Source: Eledone cirrhosa (taxonomy: Eukaryota). From it: 64,000 nt of DNA. A model generated the notes under the pieces. It saw only the letters and a program-made list of their open reading frames with translations. It did no database searches and was not told the DNA's origin. The DNA lies in assembly GCA_964016885.1 (NCBI GenBank), contig OZ024740.1, positions 49,538,001-49,602,000 of the forward strand. Direction: 5' to 3'. Positions 1-14,400 of this stretch are shown here, piece after piece. A program made the position numbers and the translations under genes. Position 1 is the first letter of the stretch. Each line of letters begins with the position of its first letter.

Positions 1-595
1 TTACTCTTTCTCGTGTTGTTATTTTTATTTTTATCCTTTACGCCTCTTTCCTTCATTCCTCTACACGCTACAGTCTTATACACGCCACACATCTCAACGT
101 ACACCCACTTACATCTCTCTCTCCACGACCGGATCTTGTTACCCGGAGATTTACCCATCTGCATTGTCGAGGCTTCCAAACGACTTAAAGATACTATATA
201 CTGTATATGTGTGTTTGTATATATATATATATATATCGTATGCATATATGCACGTACGTGCGTTGTACATGCATATATGTATATTTGTATGAATGTACCT
301 ATATATGCACTCAAATATACATGTATAAAAGAGGCTATATATATATTATATATATATATATATACTAGCTGACCCGTCCGGTGGCGCCCCGGCTAGGTAT
401 ACCTGCCCCCACCACTCCCCTACAAAGATACCACACACCCTCCCGTGTCACATTATCCTTCCGACCTCTCTCTCTGAATAACTAATACTTTAATTGTATC
501 TCTCTCTATCTCTCTCTCTTTTCCCCTCCCTCTGTTTTTTCTGTCTCTCTCTGTAGATGTGTCTGTGTAGTTTTCCTTAATCTTTCTCTAATTCT

Positions 596-802
<207 letters not shown>

Positions 803-1138
803 TGAAGGGAGATACGGAAAATAAAACAGTGTTGTCATATAGAGAGTGAAGAGCGACAGATAGAGTAAAGCAGTTAAAATTATAGAGAGGGGGAATGATC
901 TTACATACCTACATATATACATACATACATATAGACATATAGACAGTCAACGCGATCAGTCGCATATTTTGGCGTGGGAGACTATTTATTAAATTTAAGA
1001 TGAATACTATCTCCGACAGTAATGCCTCAACTACAGTCAGGTTGAATAATTGGTCATTCTTCTAATTGGTTATTCTTCTAATAATTGGTTATTATTCTAA
1101 ATACATAATTCATTTTACAAGGATTTGCTACAAACAGC

Positions 1139-3370
1139 ATGGCTGAACACAACATCAACAAAAAAATTAAGGAAGTACCGAAGACAAATAACAAGGAAGG
1201 TAATCAAACTTTATTCAGTTGTAGCTACAGAAGAAACCGAAATTATAAATCGCATTTCTCATGGAGTTGCGAACTTAATAATGATTTATTTAATTGTTAT
1301 AAAATGGCAAAAAACAATCCCTCCATTGGCTATATGAATAGAATGAACCTACACTGGGACGAAATGCACCCAGAGCTAAATTATTTCACAGCAAAACAAT
1401 TACGCCAACAAGCGACGTTTGTTGAACGTAAAAATAAGATAAATATTATTAATTGTAAGTCCCCTACAACAAACATGTTATCAACAACACGTGCTACAGG
1501 TCGCCATGCTACTAGACTTCCTAGCAGCCAGGTCGAACAGCATCTTGAAACAACTATGCCTGTAAGAAACTTGACACCACCTGTACCATCTAAGTACCAC
1601 CTGTACCATCTAAGTCTACCTCGAATGCTGGGGAACAAAAATCTTGACCTGGTTACAACGTTCTCAAAGGATATAGGAATCGAGTTTGGCCAAGATAAAT
1701 GCTCATACATGATTGTAAAGCGGGGAAAAATAACAACCCAATCTAGAACATTGTCATCAATGGCCTAACTGTTTCACCGATATCTGATGAGGACTGCTAC
1801 AGATACCTGGGGATAGATGAGAACATATCCTATAATGGTATCTGTAATAAAGAACGCGTAACCAGGGAATACTACACCCAATTAAGAAAGATCTGGTCAT
1901 CGGAACTCTCTGCGCAAAACAAAACAGTGGCTCACAATGTGTTTGCTGTGCCTGTCTTAACACCAACGTTTGGAATACTCAATTGGACGATAGACGAAAT
2001 CCGAGCAGTTGATGGGCGGAACTCGAAAAATACTGAACAACACCGGAAACTTCCACATCAACAGTGACATAGACCGCCTTTACTTGAAACGTAAGCAGGG
2101 AGGCAGAAGCCTAACATCAGTCTAGACAACATTTGAATGTCGCATCATATCTCTCCGACAACATCTACGAACCTCGAAGCGTAGGAGCCCGTTTCTCGAG
2201 CAAGTCTATCTGCATGAAACAGATAAGATCATGAGAGTTGGGAAGGATCTCCTCGAGAGATATTCCCTGTGTGATAATCAAAAACTCACACCCAGGGATG
2301 TCGCTCAGCAGCATCGCAGTGAATCCATGGATGAAAAAACTGCATGCCTATCAGCAAAAAATCATGCATGGATATGTTGCCAGGAAGCTCCAGAGTGAGA
2401 GTAATATAGATAAGGAAAGTAGTCTATCTTGGACCAACAACCGCTATATTGGCTCCCACTTTGAAGGATACGCTTTTGCAATCCAGGAACAGGAGATTAG
2501 CACGAAATACCTGATTCACAAAAGAGATAGGGATGCAGGCAAAACACCTAGATGTGATAACAAGTGCCGACTCTGCAGAACTAACATCGAGGATATCACC
2601 CATGTCATCAGCAGCTGTCCAAAGATGTCATCGCGGTACTATCTACCTATGAGGCATGATGTAGTGGCCAAAACACTGTACAATGCAGTTCGTAAAAAAC
2701 GATAGCCCCGATAATAAACACATTAAAAGCTACAGCAATGAGGAAGACATCCATGTACATAATATGAAAGAGTACTGGTGGAATGTTCCAGTAAAAACCC
2801 CAATAAAATGCAGGCATAACAGACCAGATATTATGATATTGGACAGGGAGAAGAAAGCATGCACAGTAGTGGAAATTAGCTGCCCAGCAGATGCCAATAT
2901 AATATCAAAGATTAGTGAAAAGGAGAATATTTATGCAGAACTGATGAGAAATCTGCTGATTACACCTTCAGATTTATGCCTGTGATTATTGGGGCACTGG
3001 GATATGTTAGTAACTGCCTCAATACAAATCTTGAGAAGCTAGGCTTCACAGGAACAGAAAGAACACAACTAGTTAGGAAATTACAAGTACAATCCATTAA
3101 TGGAACAGTAAAAATATGTAAAACATTCCAAAAATGTTGCATCTAATTACTGCATATACACATATACAGATGCAAAGCATATACACATGCACACATACAA
3201 CTCAAAACATCCACATCCACACATACAATAACATCCATATCTACACATGCATGCATACATACATATCTACCTAGTTGATGTGTAAATTTCAATGAGAGAG
3301 TCTTGTGTCTATGTTAGAAACCAACTCTCTCTCTATTGGTAAAACTTTGTGAAATTATAAAACCAGAAGA
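1139..3370 (+). mobile_element. Degraded R4/Dong-like non-LTR retrotransposon (RT C-terminus, zinc knuckle, restriction-like endonuclease)
   Basis: Frameshifted pieces: FSKDIGIEFGQDKC, YRYLG, FEGYAFAIQEQEISTKY, CRLCRTNIEDITHVISSC, RHDVVA, HNRPDIMILDREKKACTVVEISCP (PD-(D/E)xK), PVIIGALG. Homologous to the ORF at 39579-42008. Stop near 3146, then probable 3' UTR. Confidence 0.85.
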
Positions 3371-3502
3371 ATATACATATAAAATATAGATATAAGTGTG
3401 TTTGTGTATGTGTATGTGTGTTTGTGTATGTTCATGTGTGTGTGTGTGTTTTGTTTTGATGTTATCCGGCAATTGGCGAAATCAGATGTGAAAGTATGTG
3501 TA

Positions 3503-3537
<35 letters not shown>

Positions 3538-4189
3538 TATGCGAGCGACGGCAGAAAAAGTGTGGGGGATACATACATTATTATATTTGTCTGTATTTTC
3601 GTTCTGCAACCATTATATTATGATATTTGTATCCAAATGATTTTAGATGTATGTATTACCTGCTTGCCCGTCCCTCTGTTTCTCTTTCCCTGTCTCTCTC
3701 TCTTCTCTCCTCTCTCTCTCTTTAGATGTGTGTGTGTGTGTGTATTTTCCTAAACTGTCTCTTTCACTCTCTGTCTCTCGGAGAGGGTTGCCTTTTGATA
3801 TATGTATTACCTGCTTGTGTGTTTACCGAATTTGAAGGAGGTTATCCTTTTGAAATAAACATACATACGACACTCATCTCTATGTTTATATATTGAAGGT
3901 AGATACGGAAAATAAAAGAGTGTTGTCATATAGAGAGTGAAGAGAGACAGAGAGTAAAGCAGTTAAATTATAGAGAGGGTGAAAGAGGGAGAGAGAGAGA
4001 GAGAGACGACGCTCAGCTTTCTAATATTTGAGAGTGAAGAGCGACAGAGAGAGTAAAGCAGTTAAATTATAGAGAGGAGGAATGATCTATTATAGAGAGA
4101 GGGAAGAGCGACGGAGAGAGTAAAGCTAAGAAACTATAGAGAGGTGTCTAGGATACATACATAATACATACACACGACATTCAGCTTTA

Positions 4190-4242
<53 letters not shown>

Positions 4243-6119
4243 CGGAGTGTTGTAGTTTGCTTTATGTGATTAGGTGTTGTGGTTAAATTGTCTTTTATTG
4301 GAAAATACATATTTATCAAGAGATATTATATTGTATTACATTAGCCTTTTTTATTTTCCCATCTGAATCACTGTTACTATGGGATACGATGACAACTTTT
4401 ATTAAGTTAGTGTCAAACATAGATGTGCGACTTTATTTGTTTCACCTGAAGGTAATTTAATGTACTCAGTTTCAACAACAATAAAATATCCATAACAAAT
4501 ACGAGATTATATTTTTTAGAAACAGAAGCTAAACATTTTATATATATTGATTTGGCGAGGAGGAAGCAGTTGTGTCTTTGCAAGCACCACCCCGCTCTCG
4601 CGTCTCTAGACAGGTTTGGTCTGGAGGAATAGCTGTTCCTATTACCTTTGCAAACACCCACTCCCGTGCTTCTAGACGGGTTTGAAATGGAGGAATCAGC
4701 CGTGTCTATTATCTATGCCAACTCTTCTAGATCGATGGCAATGATTGGGTTAATGTTCCGCTTAGGTAATTGCAAATTGCCGGCTATATGATAAGAAGGT
4801 GAATACTGAAAGAATTCTAGAAGGTTGGTGCTAGAAGTTATATGAGACTGGTCAGATTTGAGGAACAATAGAAAAAGCAGAGAAGGGAAACAGCAAGCCT
4901 GTGGTTAAAAGAGGTTGGATTGTGTTGCTGATGGAGTGTGTTTCTGATGGAATGTGATGTAGTGTGTTGGTGAACGATTTCATGCTAATCAATCAGAAGG
5001 CCCTTTTTTGGATGTGATCTGGAATGTCGTTTTAGCAACACCACTATTTCAGTTGTGGAAGCAATACTCCATTGATATGAATTCAAATACAGACGGAGTT
5101 GAATTTATACGTACCTATGTTACATGCTAATCCAATGAGTAACTAGTTCAATCGATCGAATAACTAGAGTAATCTTCGTCGGAACCGAACTGATCCATTT
5201 ACCTTTAAACCCAGGAAATAGTGCTCTCTTCTAGATTCAACACTAGTTAATCACTGCTGAACCATTGGATTGGTGTTGTCTCCGGATTCAGTAGCATTAA
5301 AACGATGAGAGGTAAGCCTGAACCTTGATGCTGATTTATCGCATGTAGATTTTTCCACTGGAGGAATCGTTTTATTGACTGCGAACCAACAAAATACTCA
5401 TCAATTAAATAATGACGCTGTCGCTTACAGCAGATATTCGTATTACTAAGGCATTTGTATAGGACTAGGTGGAATCAGTTGTTTAGGTATATTGAACAGA
5501 TCACAGCACTACGGTAGTTGGATACGTAGCACCTACGCTACAGTAATGTTCCCAGTGCTCAATCGGTTCAGTTATCCTTCAAGAGACAAGGTCTAGGCAA
5601 TATACTGTGACAGAGCAGCTGCCGTTGCCGCAGCAGATTTTCCTACTACTCGGTATTTGTATAATATAAATAGAAATAGAAAACTTAACCAGACAAAAAG
5701 CTTTAATCCGGTTTTTTTAACCCACTAGAAATAGTCAAATTCAGTTGAATCTTAAAAAATATATACAATATATTGAAAAATATAGACCAATGAGATCATG
5801 GCTAAAATATGGGACTAATCGATATAATTGACTGTCTTCTCTCATAAATGTGTGACCTTGTAGCTTTGTTAGAAATTATTCTTAAAGAAATACTACGTGG
5901 TAGTAGATTGGTGTTAGAGAGTCAGACGATAATACTTGTATTGTTGCTTGTCAGTCGAGCGAAATGATACTTAATTGAATCCATTAGTGAAAATGCAACG
6001 ATACTCGTTCGTCAATGATGCTTTTGTAATGATTCAAGTTTGTAAACTACATTCAATTATAAATATACACACAAACATACCCCTATGCATATATAAACGT
6101 ATGCTCATGCACAAGGTGT

Positions 6120-6625
6120 TGACCTTAGGATCCTAACGTCGTAGGTCCGATTCCTGGACTAGGTTATGTGTTGTATGCTTGAGCAAAACACTTCATTTCA
6201 CGTTGCTCCAGTATACTCAGCTTAAAATGAGTACCAGCAATAGCTGGGAGTTTATACCTGCGACGTACTGGCGTCTTATCCAGTGGGAGTCTTGTACTCT
6301 GTCTTAAGGCTTGCCTACCTCTTTGTCTGTGTGTTTGTTTTACCTCCATCAGATCTGACAACAGGTGTTCCAGTTATTAGATAAATGGATCAGCCTGCTC
6401 GTGAAACTAACGTGTACTCTTAACGTAGTTCTCTGAGAGATTTAGTGTGATATAGTGTGTAACAAGGTTCGTTTTATGAAATAAAGGTACAACTCATTTT
6501 TTTCCAATTGAGTGGAGTGAAGCAACTTGAAATGAAATGCCTTGCTGAAGGGCATAACACGTTTTCGATTCGGGAATCGAACTTTATTATGGTGAGTCCT
6601 ACACATTAACCACTAGCCTATGCGT
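6120..6625. mobile_element. Two degraded SINE-like repeats in inverted orientation
   Basis: cttgagcaaaacacttcatttcacgttgctccagtatactcagct (about 6178-6222) recurs as its diverged reverse complement (about 6508-6550). B-box-like motifs lie at the outer ends. Confidence 0.5.
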
Positions 6626-6689
6626 TTTTACAAATAAAAATTGTATATGTATGTATATGTATGTATATGTATGTGCCCCAACATGATCT

Positions 6690-7080
6690 CAGACTGTTTC
6701 GGAAACCATAGTTAATGAATGCACCTGGAGTTACGAATAGACTCTGGCATCGTCTGCTGTAACTGTGCAGACCGATGCATGAGTGACAGTCTTTGTTGCA
6801 CTTGGTTGAGATATCCTGGGTTGTTGGTATGTCTGCAATGCGCTTTTTTCGGTCTCTCGTTTCTGCAACATGTTGACCTCTTTTTGCATCTGCATCTACG
6901 ATGCCCTTGCGGACAGTCTGACGCCAGGCATCGCAGTCCCCGACCCGTCCCTCCCAGCTGGAAGAAGGGATGTTACAGGCTTACATATCTCTCTTGCATG
7001 TGTCCCTGAAACGAAGCGATAGGCGACCTACTCGCCTGGTGCCGGTGGCCAGCTGTCCCTACAGATTGTCTTTTGGCACC
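6690..7080 (-). mobile_element. 3' fragment of an RTE (BovB-like) LINE, degraded
   Basis: GC-richer island. The minus strand resembles the RTE C-terminus (GRPRL-like segment, basic region, Cys/His tail) and is followed by an (ATAC)n tail at 6645-6673. Confidence 0.45.
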
Positions 7081-7480
7081 ACCACCCCATCCTCCATACG
7101 CCGTTTGAACTTTATATGTCACATTTAACCATTCTATGGATCTGTTGTCTTTAAACATAATTTTTATAACTGCCAGCCAGTGTGACATACGGAGTTTAAC
7201 GTCAATTATATGGTTTCAACAAGTCGACGAGAGCTTTTCTGTAGAATGTGAACTTCCAATACCAATATCTGACTATGTGTAGATAATGCGCAAGTGTGTT
7301 CATATATGTATATATATCAACTGTTGCCTATTTTATTGATCCCAACTACATAACACTCTGCTATTACTATCTATGAAACAGTTCTGTGAGATAGTTATGT
7401 TAGTGGCAACATATTCAAACTATATATAAATATATGGCGAAGAACAATGAATCAATGATTAATACTATTTTAAATATTAG

Positions 7481-7640
7481 GGTGGTGGATCGCCAGTATC
7501 GGTAAAGCGTCTGACAACACGCTTTATTACATAGAGTTACGTCCCTTTATGTTTTGAGTTAAAAATCCTGCCAAGGTTAGCTATGCCTTTCAACCTTACG
7601 GGGTCGATAAAATAAAGTACCAGTAATGTACTGGTACGTT
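7481..7640 (+). mobile_element. tRNA-type SINE, degraded copy
   Basis: Shares gcctttc..ccttacggggtcgataaaataaagtaccagtaatg with the reverse complement of the SINE at 8457-8639. Confidence 0.7.
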
Positions 7641-7723
7641 ATAATTCAATATGTATGAGAATCAACCCCATGGTTGTGACATCATTAGCGAAACAAAGAC
7701 TTTAGTACACCTGCCAAAGAGAG

Positions 7724-8030
7724 TTCTTCTTCTTCTTCTTCTTCTTCTTCTTCTTCTTCTTCTTCTTCTTCTTCTTCTTCTTCTTCTTCTTCTTCTTTCT
7801 CCCACCTCCTCTTCCTTTTCCTCCTCTTTCTTCTTCTTCGCTCACTTATTCCTGAGAGCGTCATGGGGGCAGAGTCCTGAAACACTCCCCCCAGTGGGTC
7901 CTGTCAGAATCAACCGTCTCCATCTGATCCGACTGGATACCCCAGCAAAACCAGCCAAGCTCATGGATGTTATCTAACCATATATTCGGAGTCTACTCCT
8001 GGGTTTCCTGCTAGTTGGTGTTCGGACAAA
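7724..8030 (-). mobile_element. 3' end of an RTE/Expander-like LINE with a (GAA)n tail
   Basis: Reverse complement of the family at 24660-24920 (gaaacccaggagtagactc...ctctcaggaataagt), followed by (GAA)n, seen as (TTC)n on the + strand. Confidence 0.75.
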
Positions 8031-8456
8031 TCGTCCTCAATCGAAACCATTCAATGTGGGTGAGAGGGTTAATGTGTTATATTGTAGGTATAGAAATATA
8101 GAACTTTTTTACATAAAGAATAAATAATTCAGTGACCACATCTGCATGAAATTAAAAATATTCAAATTAGTAGGAAAATATATAATGCAGGACTCACACA
8201 CTTGGTGAACTTGTCATTTGCCACATGGCACCGAATCGATATAAACAAAGCAGTTTTGATAAATGCTAATTAAATGAAATATTGATATCGGCGTTTATTT
8301 CAGGCAAAACTGAATTGCCAGCGTCATATAAATAAACAAAAAAAACAAAACAAAAACACACTAATGTATAATGAAAACCTATAATTCAATCGTTCCTAAG
8401 TTTCAGTGCAACAACATGAGTTTAAGGCGAAAAGCATAAAGCAGCAGTAAAGTAAT

Positions 8457-8639
8457 TGTTTCTACTTTTGGCACAAGGCCAGCAATTACCCAGTGCATTA
8501 CTGGTACTTTATTTTATCGACCCCGTAAGGATGAAAGGCAAAGTTAACCTCAGCGGGATTTGAACTCAGAATGGCAAGGGCCGTAATTCTATGCGTCAAA
8601 GCATGGCGTCCGACCCTCTACCGATACTGCCAATCAACC
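8457..8639 (-). mobile_element. tRNA-type SINE with a 16-bp target-site duplication
   Basis: Minus strand has an A-box-like tggcagtatcggt and a B box gagttcaaatccc. A perfect direct repeat gcagcagtaaagtaat flanks it at 8441-8456 and 8640-8655. Confidence 0.85.
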
Positions 8640-8770
8640 GCAGCAGTAAAGTAATACGAAACTATTAGGCTTATCTTCTCTAAGGATTTGAAAGGCTTAA
8701 ATGCAAGTAGAAAGCTTAACTAAATATGTTTCAAAAGCCAGATGTGTATGTATATATATATATATATATA

Positions 8771-8808
8771 CGAGTTGAGGATCCGCTAAGGTGAAACAAT
8801 TGTTCTCG
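8771..8808 (+). ncRNA. Minimal hammerhead-like motif (degenerate core TTGAGGA)
   Basis: cgag-TTGAGGA-tcc gctaa ggt-GAAA-caattg-TT-ctcg: stem I cgag/ctcg and a palindromic stem III, inside a 70-bp cassette between (TA)n tracts. Confidence 0.55.
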
Positions 8809-8836
8809 ATCTGGTGAACTAACTGTTGTGTAACCA

Positions 8837-8892
<56 letters not shown>

Positions 8893-9152
8893 TAGATGGT
8901 TGCATGTTTACGTGTGCATGTGAAGAATGCGAGTTTAGAATGCTGTGTTAAGTTCAGTGAATGACGAAATATGATTCAATAATTTGACTCGCGGCTCAGA
9001 AGGTCATCAGGTTTGATCCACAACTTAAACTTGACCTGTACAACATAATAAGAAACGGCCAGGAACGTTTGTTGTTTCACTTCTTAGAATGAATCATATT
9101 TAACTGGGTGATGTCTAAAAACATCTGACTGATAAAATGACAAGTCAGTCAA

Positions 9153-9385
9153 TCATATTGGTGGCCTCCCCACAGCCCCGGCGGACAGAATAGAGAAGGC
9201 GTTTCCCCGGAGGACAGCAAGGGAGACGCGCTGGAAAAGCCATTCCAGCTCGCGAAGCTCACACCTGTTGCTGGCCAGCTCAGCACCTCTAGTAGTGAGT
9301 AGGGATGTAGCCCTTAGGCCGAGGAGACCAGAAGTCTCCACTGCCAAGGGTACAACCGCAAACCTGTCGGAGAGCGACCGGTATA
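9153..9385 (-). mobile_element. 3' fragment of a CRE-like RLE non-LTR retrotransposon
   Basis: AVETSGLLG...LEWLFQRVSLAVLRGNAFSIL resembles the CRE-type RLE C-terminus. The nucleotide sequence matches the reverse complement of 52110-52235. Confidence 0.7.
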
Positions 9386-10176
9386 GAGTTCAATGCCACG
9401 GCACGGCATTCTACCATAGCCTCGTGTTCACCAGCCTTACGAGTGAAATTTGGTTAACAGAGACTATAGAAAAAACCATCGGAAGAATTGTTCTTGTTTC
9501 GTAGTAGGAAACATAACCCGTTGTCAGATTCAATATCTCTAATTGATTCATGGGTAACTTTAGTGAGGCTCAGTCTTTTGCAATTATTCAAGCCAAGTTT
9601 CCGATAGGAGAATAACTTTCTCTATCTTGCACCTCAACCACATCCACAGTCTCAATGACAGAGAGTGAAGATGAGTAATGACGTGCTGCCATTCATCCTC
9701 TGACTAAATCATTTAAAGAATGTATTCCATTATTCCGAGTTCAAATCAGGAGTTCAACATTCCCTTTTACAATTTTAGGATCGATAAAATAGGTCCCATT
9801 AGTTAGAACAACTATTGTGCTTATGCTAGAATGCAAATAACATTCTATTTTGATTTATTTCAAGTCTATATTTTCTTTTAAACACAAACACATTTTTATT
9901 TTAATAAAATAACTACACACCATTTCTTTAATTATAAAAGAAATGCCAACCACAATAAAGGAAACAAACTCCGGTTTCACAGAACAATGTTGTACACTAA
10001 TTTTGGCCTTCCATATGTTTGACCCTCGGTGTACTCTATTAAAATCGAGTTTTTTAAAAACAACAAGAGATTTACAGAGCAATGAAGAATGCTTCCTGGC
10101 GTACACTGTTTCTAGGTATTCAAACTAGAATGACATTTATTCTCGGTCTATTCGATCTGAACGGATCTGGATCTAG

Positions 10177-10414
10177 ATAAAAATAAAAATAAAAATAAAA
10201 ATAAAAATAAAAATAAAAATAAAAATAAAAATAAAAATAAAAATAAAAATAAAAATAAAAATAAAAATAAAAATAAAAATAAAAATAAAAATAAAAATAA
10301 AAATAAAAATAAAAATAAAAATAAAAATAAAAATAAAAATAAAAATAAAAATAAAAATAAAAATAAAAATAAAAATAAAAATAAAAATAAAAATAAAAAT
10401 AAAAATAAAAATAA
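10177..10414. repeat. (AAAATA)n hexanucleotide microsatellite, about 39 copies
   Basis: Directly visible. Confidence 0.95.
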
Positions 10415-11289
10415 TGTTTTATAATCCAATGAAGGAACATATGCACAATCAATTCACCTGCTAAACATAACATCCAGATCTTCTCAAATTAGATCGTACT
10501 GTTTTTAAACGAGAATGAAGCATTAAATAATATATTCCGAGATACATTATATTTGGAAATAAAAGACAGGATAGTCATGAAATGAACTCCTTTGATCCTA
10601 ACTCTGCTCAGTCAGGGCTGAATCAAATTAACTAACAACAATAAACAACAAATAATCTTACTATTCTAGAGCTGACATTATGTCAGTAATATTACCGGTT
10701 TTTCATTAGTTACTACAAATAGAAATATGAGTTATCTACAGAATCAGTCCTGTATATAAAATACAGTTCTGTTGTTATTAAAATGTCAAAATATGAAGCA
10801 TTGTCTAATTAGAAGGAATATATAAATCCATTAGTAGCTTTCAGTAAATATCGCAGATTTGCTATCATTTTTCTTCAATAATTGACATGGTGTTAAACCA
10901 ACAAAATGTCAATCTCCACAAAAATGTAACCTTTTTTTTTGGGGGGGGGGGGGTTGAAGTTCAGATTTCATTTGTAGAGTAATAAAAATAAAATAAAAGC
11001 GAATAAGATTCCATATAAAGCGAAAAGATTAATTTGGTATTTTGTGGTATTTAAGCTTATAATGACCTAATTCTCATCTTTTAGAGTAGGGTCATAGTAG
11101 TACCAAATCTTTTACTATTTTTTAAATTTTATGTTTCGCATCAGAATTTTATTACGTGAACAAAATGGTAGCGATCATAAGCTTATACAACCCTTGTTAA
11201 CCACGAACAGTTGATTAAATGGAAGCCAATATATGACTGCTTCTATAAAAACTGAGAAAACCAAAGCCAAAGACGGGAACATGACGAGG

Positions 11290-11490
11290 CGTAACTAAAT
11301 ATAGCTCTATCACCCATTTTCTTTTCAGTGGCATTCAAATCACACTCTGCTGTCTTAAGAATGGGGAAGGACACATAGATAATGTAATCCCAAATACCTC
11401 TAAAACTACGAAAATGTCACGTTTGGAATGCCTTTAATTATAGATGTTTTCGGTCAAATTTTATCTATGGCTAAACAAGAACAACACCAA
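11290..11490 (+). repeat. Old dispersed repeat with (CAA)n-like tail; related copies near 10480-10650, 12340-12470, 13510-13690 and 15020-15200
   Basis: Shared degenerate motifs (aaatcacac...gtcttaa...ggacaca.tggataatgtaatcc...ggaatgcctttga...ggctaaacaacaac). Confidence 0.5.
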
Positions 11491-14400
11491 CCCCGATGAT
11501 GCCATCAACGACAATGACAAATTGTATCTATCCATTCAATATAATTCCATCTTTTGTCAGAAATAATTCTATTCTAAAACACCTCTTTAATGCTCACTAT
11601 ATTTAGTTTATTAATACTCATTCAGTCATTTTGTTTCGTGTAGATGTCTTTCCTATGTATTTCCCTAAAAGTATACATGTGTATTAAATGTATATAAATA
11701 TTAAAATGACTTGAATCTTTTAGTTTTCTTGCCCTGCTGACGTATTAATAAAAGTATTCATACTTTTGTGCTTTTACTATTACATAATAGCTAAACATTC
11801 TACCAGTGTCCACGCTGCTTTTCATCCACTTAATATTAATTATTATTTACTACGTAGTGGCTTTCAATTCATCAATTATGACCATCTCCTATTCAACGTA
11901 AGAAATAACTAATTTTGGAAGAAATTGTATTTTTTCCTGAGACAATCTAAATAATGTTTGGCTATATAATTCTAGACATCTAAATTGTATACTTTTTTAA
12001 ATATAAAAAAAATGAACTGCACAATATGGTGTTTATTAGCAAAAAGATTACATTGCAAGTGTTATGGGAAATAAACAAAACGTCTTAGTCGAATTACATT
12101 CTATTTAAAGCAACTAGAAACACACACTGAAGGGAGTTGTTTGTTGAGTCGTCAGACTAGCAGATTATCAGCCAAATGAACGACGTTTGATATGCCACTA
12201 GCAAAGCAATCTGTCCCTGATAACTAAACTAACACTACATCGGCAATGTGCTATTAATTAGTAAAGCTCACGGATGTAAAGAACATGGGAATAGACTTGA
12301 GGAAGCCTGACTTGCTACAACAACAACAAAAAAACAGCAACATATCCATCAAATCATACCTAAACAGGTTTAAATAAAAATAATTTATTAGACAATGTAA
12401 TCCCCGATATATAAAAATATGGAATAGCTCTGCTTGATTAGGACTGATCTAGACTAAACAACAACAACAAAAGCAACTGCAACAAGAACAGCAACATTAG
12501 AGGCAGTTCTTGCAAAGTTTCCATATGTGAAAACTGCGGCAGACCAGCATTAATTATATGTGGCTAAAATAATAATTTCTTCTAATTTATTTTATAGTTT
12601 TAATAATTATTTCTTTTATATTCATTTTTCCAATTTTATATGAACTATAATTTCTGATTTTACTAATAAAGCATTCAAAGTTTACGTATACAGATAAATC
12701 AGATACGATCCAGTTCCATGCCTTCACCTAGCTTATGACAATAATATACCACCAAAAAAGGAGCTTCCGTATAGTCATTTGATCTGCAATAGTCGGTTGC
12801 TAAACCTTCCTGAATGTTTGCCTTAATATCTTAAAAATAGATAAATATACTGGATAAATTAATCCTGAATGTAAGGCACCAAAAAAGAAGAGAAAATAGT
12901 TATTTCTTCGCTGTTCAAACGATGTAAATTCGTCACAGAGAAATATCTTTTCCTCCTACAGACCCCATCCAAATATTTTTCTTAGTAAAAAATTTAGACT
13001 TAGCGTATTTCTAAAGTAAGTTCCATTGCCAGAAAAAGCATTTGTTTGTAGGAGGGAATGTAAAACTCATTTGGATTTGATATTTTTTTAAAAATCTAGT
13101 TGAAAACTATATCGTGTATTAAATTGGTTACACTGCAAAACCAAATACCATTAGAAAACAAACAAGACATTTAATCAAATTATATTATATTCGTTCGACC
13201 AATACTCTAGCCGTGACTATCTTGTGTTATTTATGATATAGTATATTTGGAAATACTCTATCCTCTATATTTAACCCTTTTTATGACGGCAGAGTTGTAT
13301 TTCAGTACATGTTTGCTAGAAATTCTTGCAGGTTGAGTAATAGTAAAGATGTTTGCTCGTTGGCTCGACGTGTACACTGCAGTCCTTAGGTAGCCGGTGA
13401 CATGATATAATTGGAAAGAAGTAATTGTAGGTCGCGTCATGTTTGACTGACTGCCTGAGTACGATAATACTACACGATTAGAACTAACCAACACAAGATT
13501 CTCAGGGAAGCCTCTACATGATAGCTTGCCCTGTTAAAAATATTAGCCACATGTCATTCTGCCGCTTTAATAAGGGGAGGCTGCACTGCAAATATGTTTC
13601 CTTGATATACGAAATGACTAGATGACCATGACTGAAATGATTTTAGTCATAGGTCTGATCAATAAAAGTTGACCTAGGGCAAAACTATAATATCATTCAA
13701 GAAACATAACTATAATTACACAGTCTGTTGAGTCTCTCAAATCTTGTCGCCAATATCAGACAACGACACCTATAACTATGCTTTTTTTCCGTGATGCAGT
13801 CTAAAATGTTGGTGTATATAGCGACACTACTATTCAAAATCATGAGCTAGTATTAATCGCAATTGTGCTTTGTCAGCGATTGGTCAGACGTGAGGTATAC
13901 TTATAGTTGTGTGGTCTGAATGAAAAGTCATTAGAGATTGTAGTAAAGTGTTTGTAAACCTGTTTCATTGATGTCTCCACTGATGGACCTTTAAATTGTT
14001 GACAGAGAATTGAGTGTTGTGTCCGTATTGGAATGTGTTTCAAACACCTTTTCACTCAAACAATACTATATTTATGAATAATAAACATAGTAATTGTGAG
14101 TGTGTTTGTGTGTATGTGTGAATATCAGTGTGTGTATATATGTGTTTGTGTGTGTATGTGTTTGTGTGTGAAATCTTCTATTTAACATATGGCATTTTTA
14201 TTTCAGTTTATATATAGAGCAGTATCATCATATTATTGAGGTCAGTTTATTATTTATCTCCTCTTATCGATTATGTCACGATAATAATTAAGTCGCCATA
14301 AGAGATACACAATTATATTGGCTAATATTCCAATATTGTTTTCTGAATATATTCATTTCTAATATTTGCTGAAGATATTTGCTTTTGTAAACGTGAAAAT

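Noticed and set aside
4540-5700. GC-richer island with a short diverged tandem duplication (tctagac.ggtttg...tggaggaat)
   Set aside because: Probably a repeat or LTR remnant, but no boundaries, ORF or structural motif could be supported.
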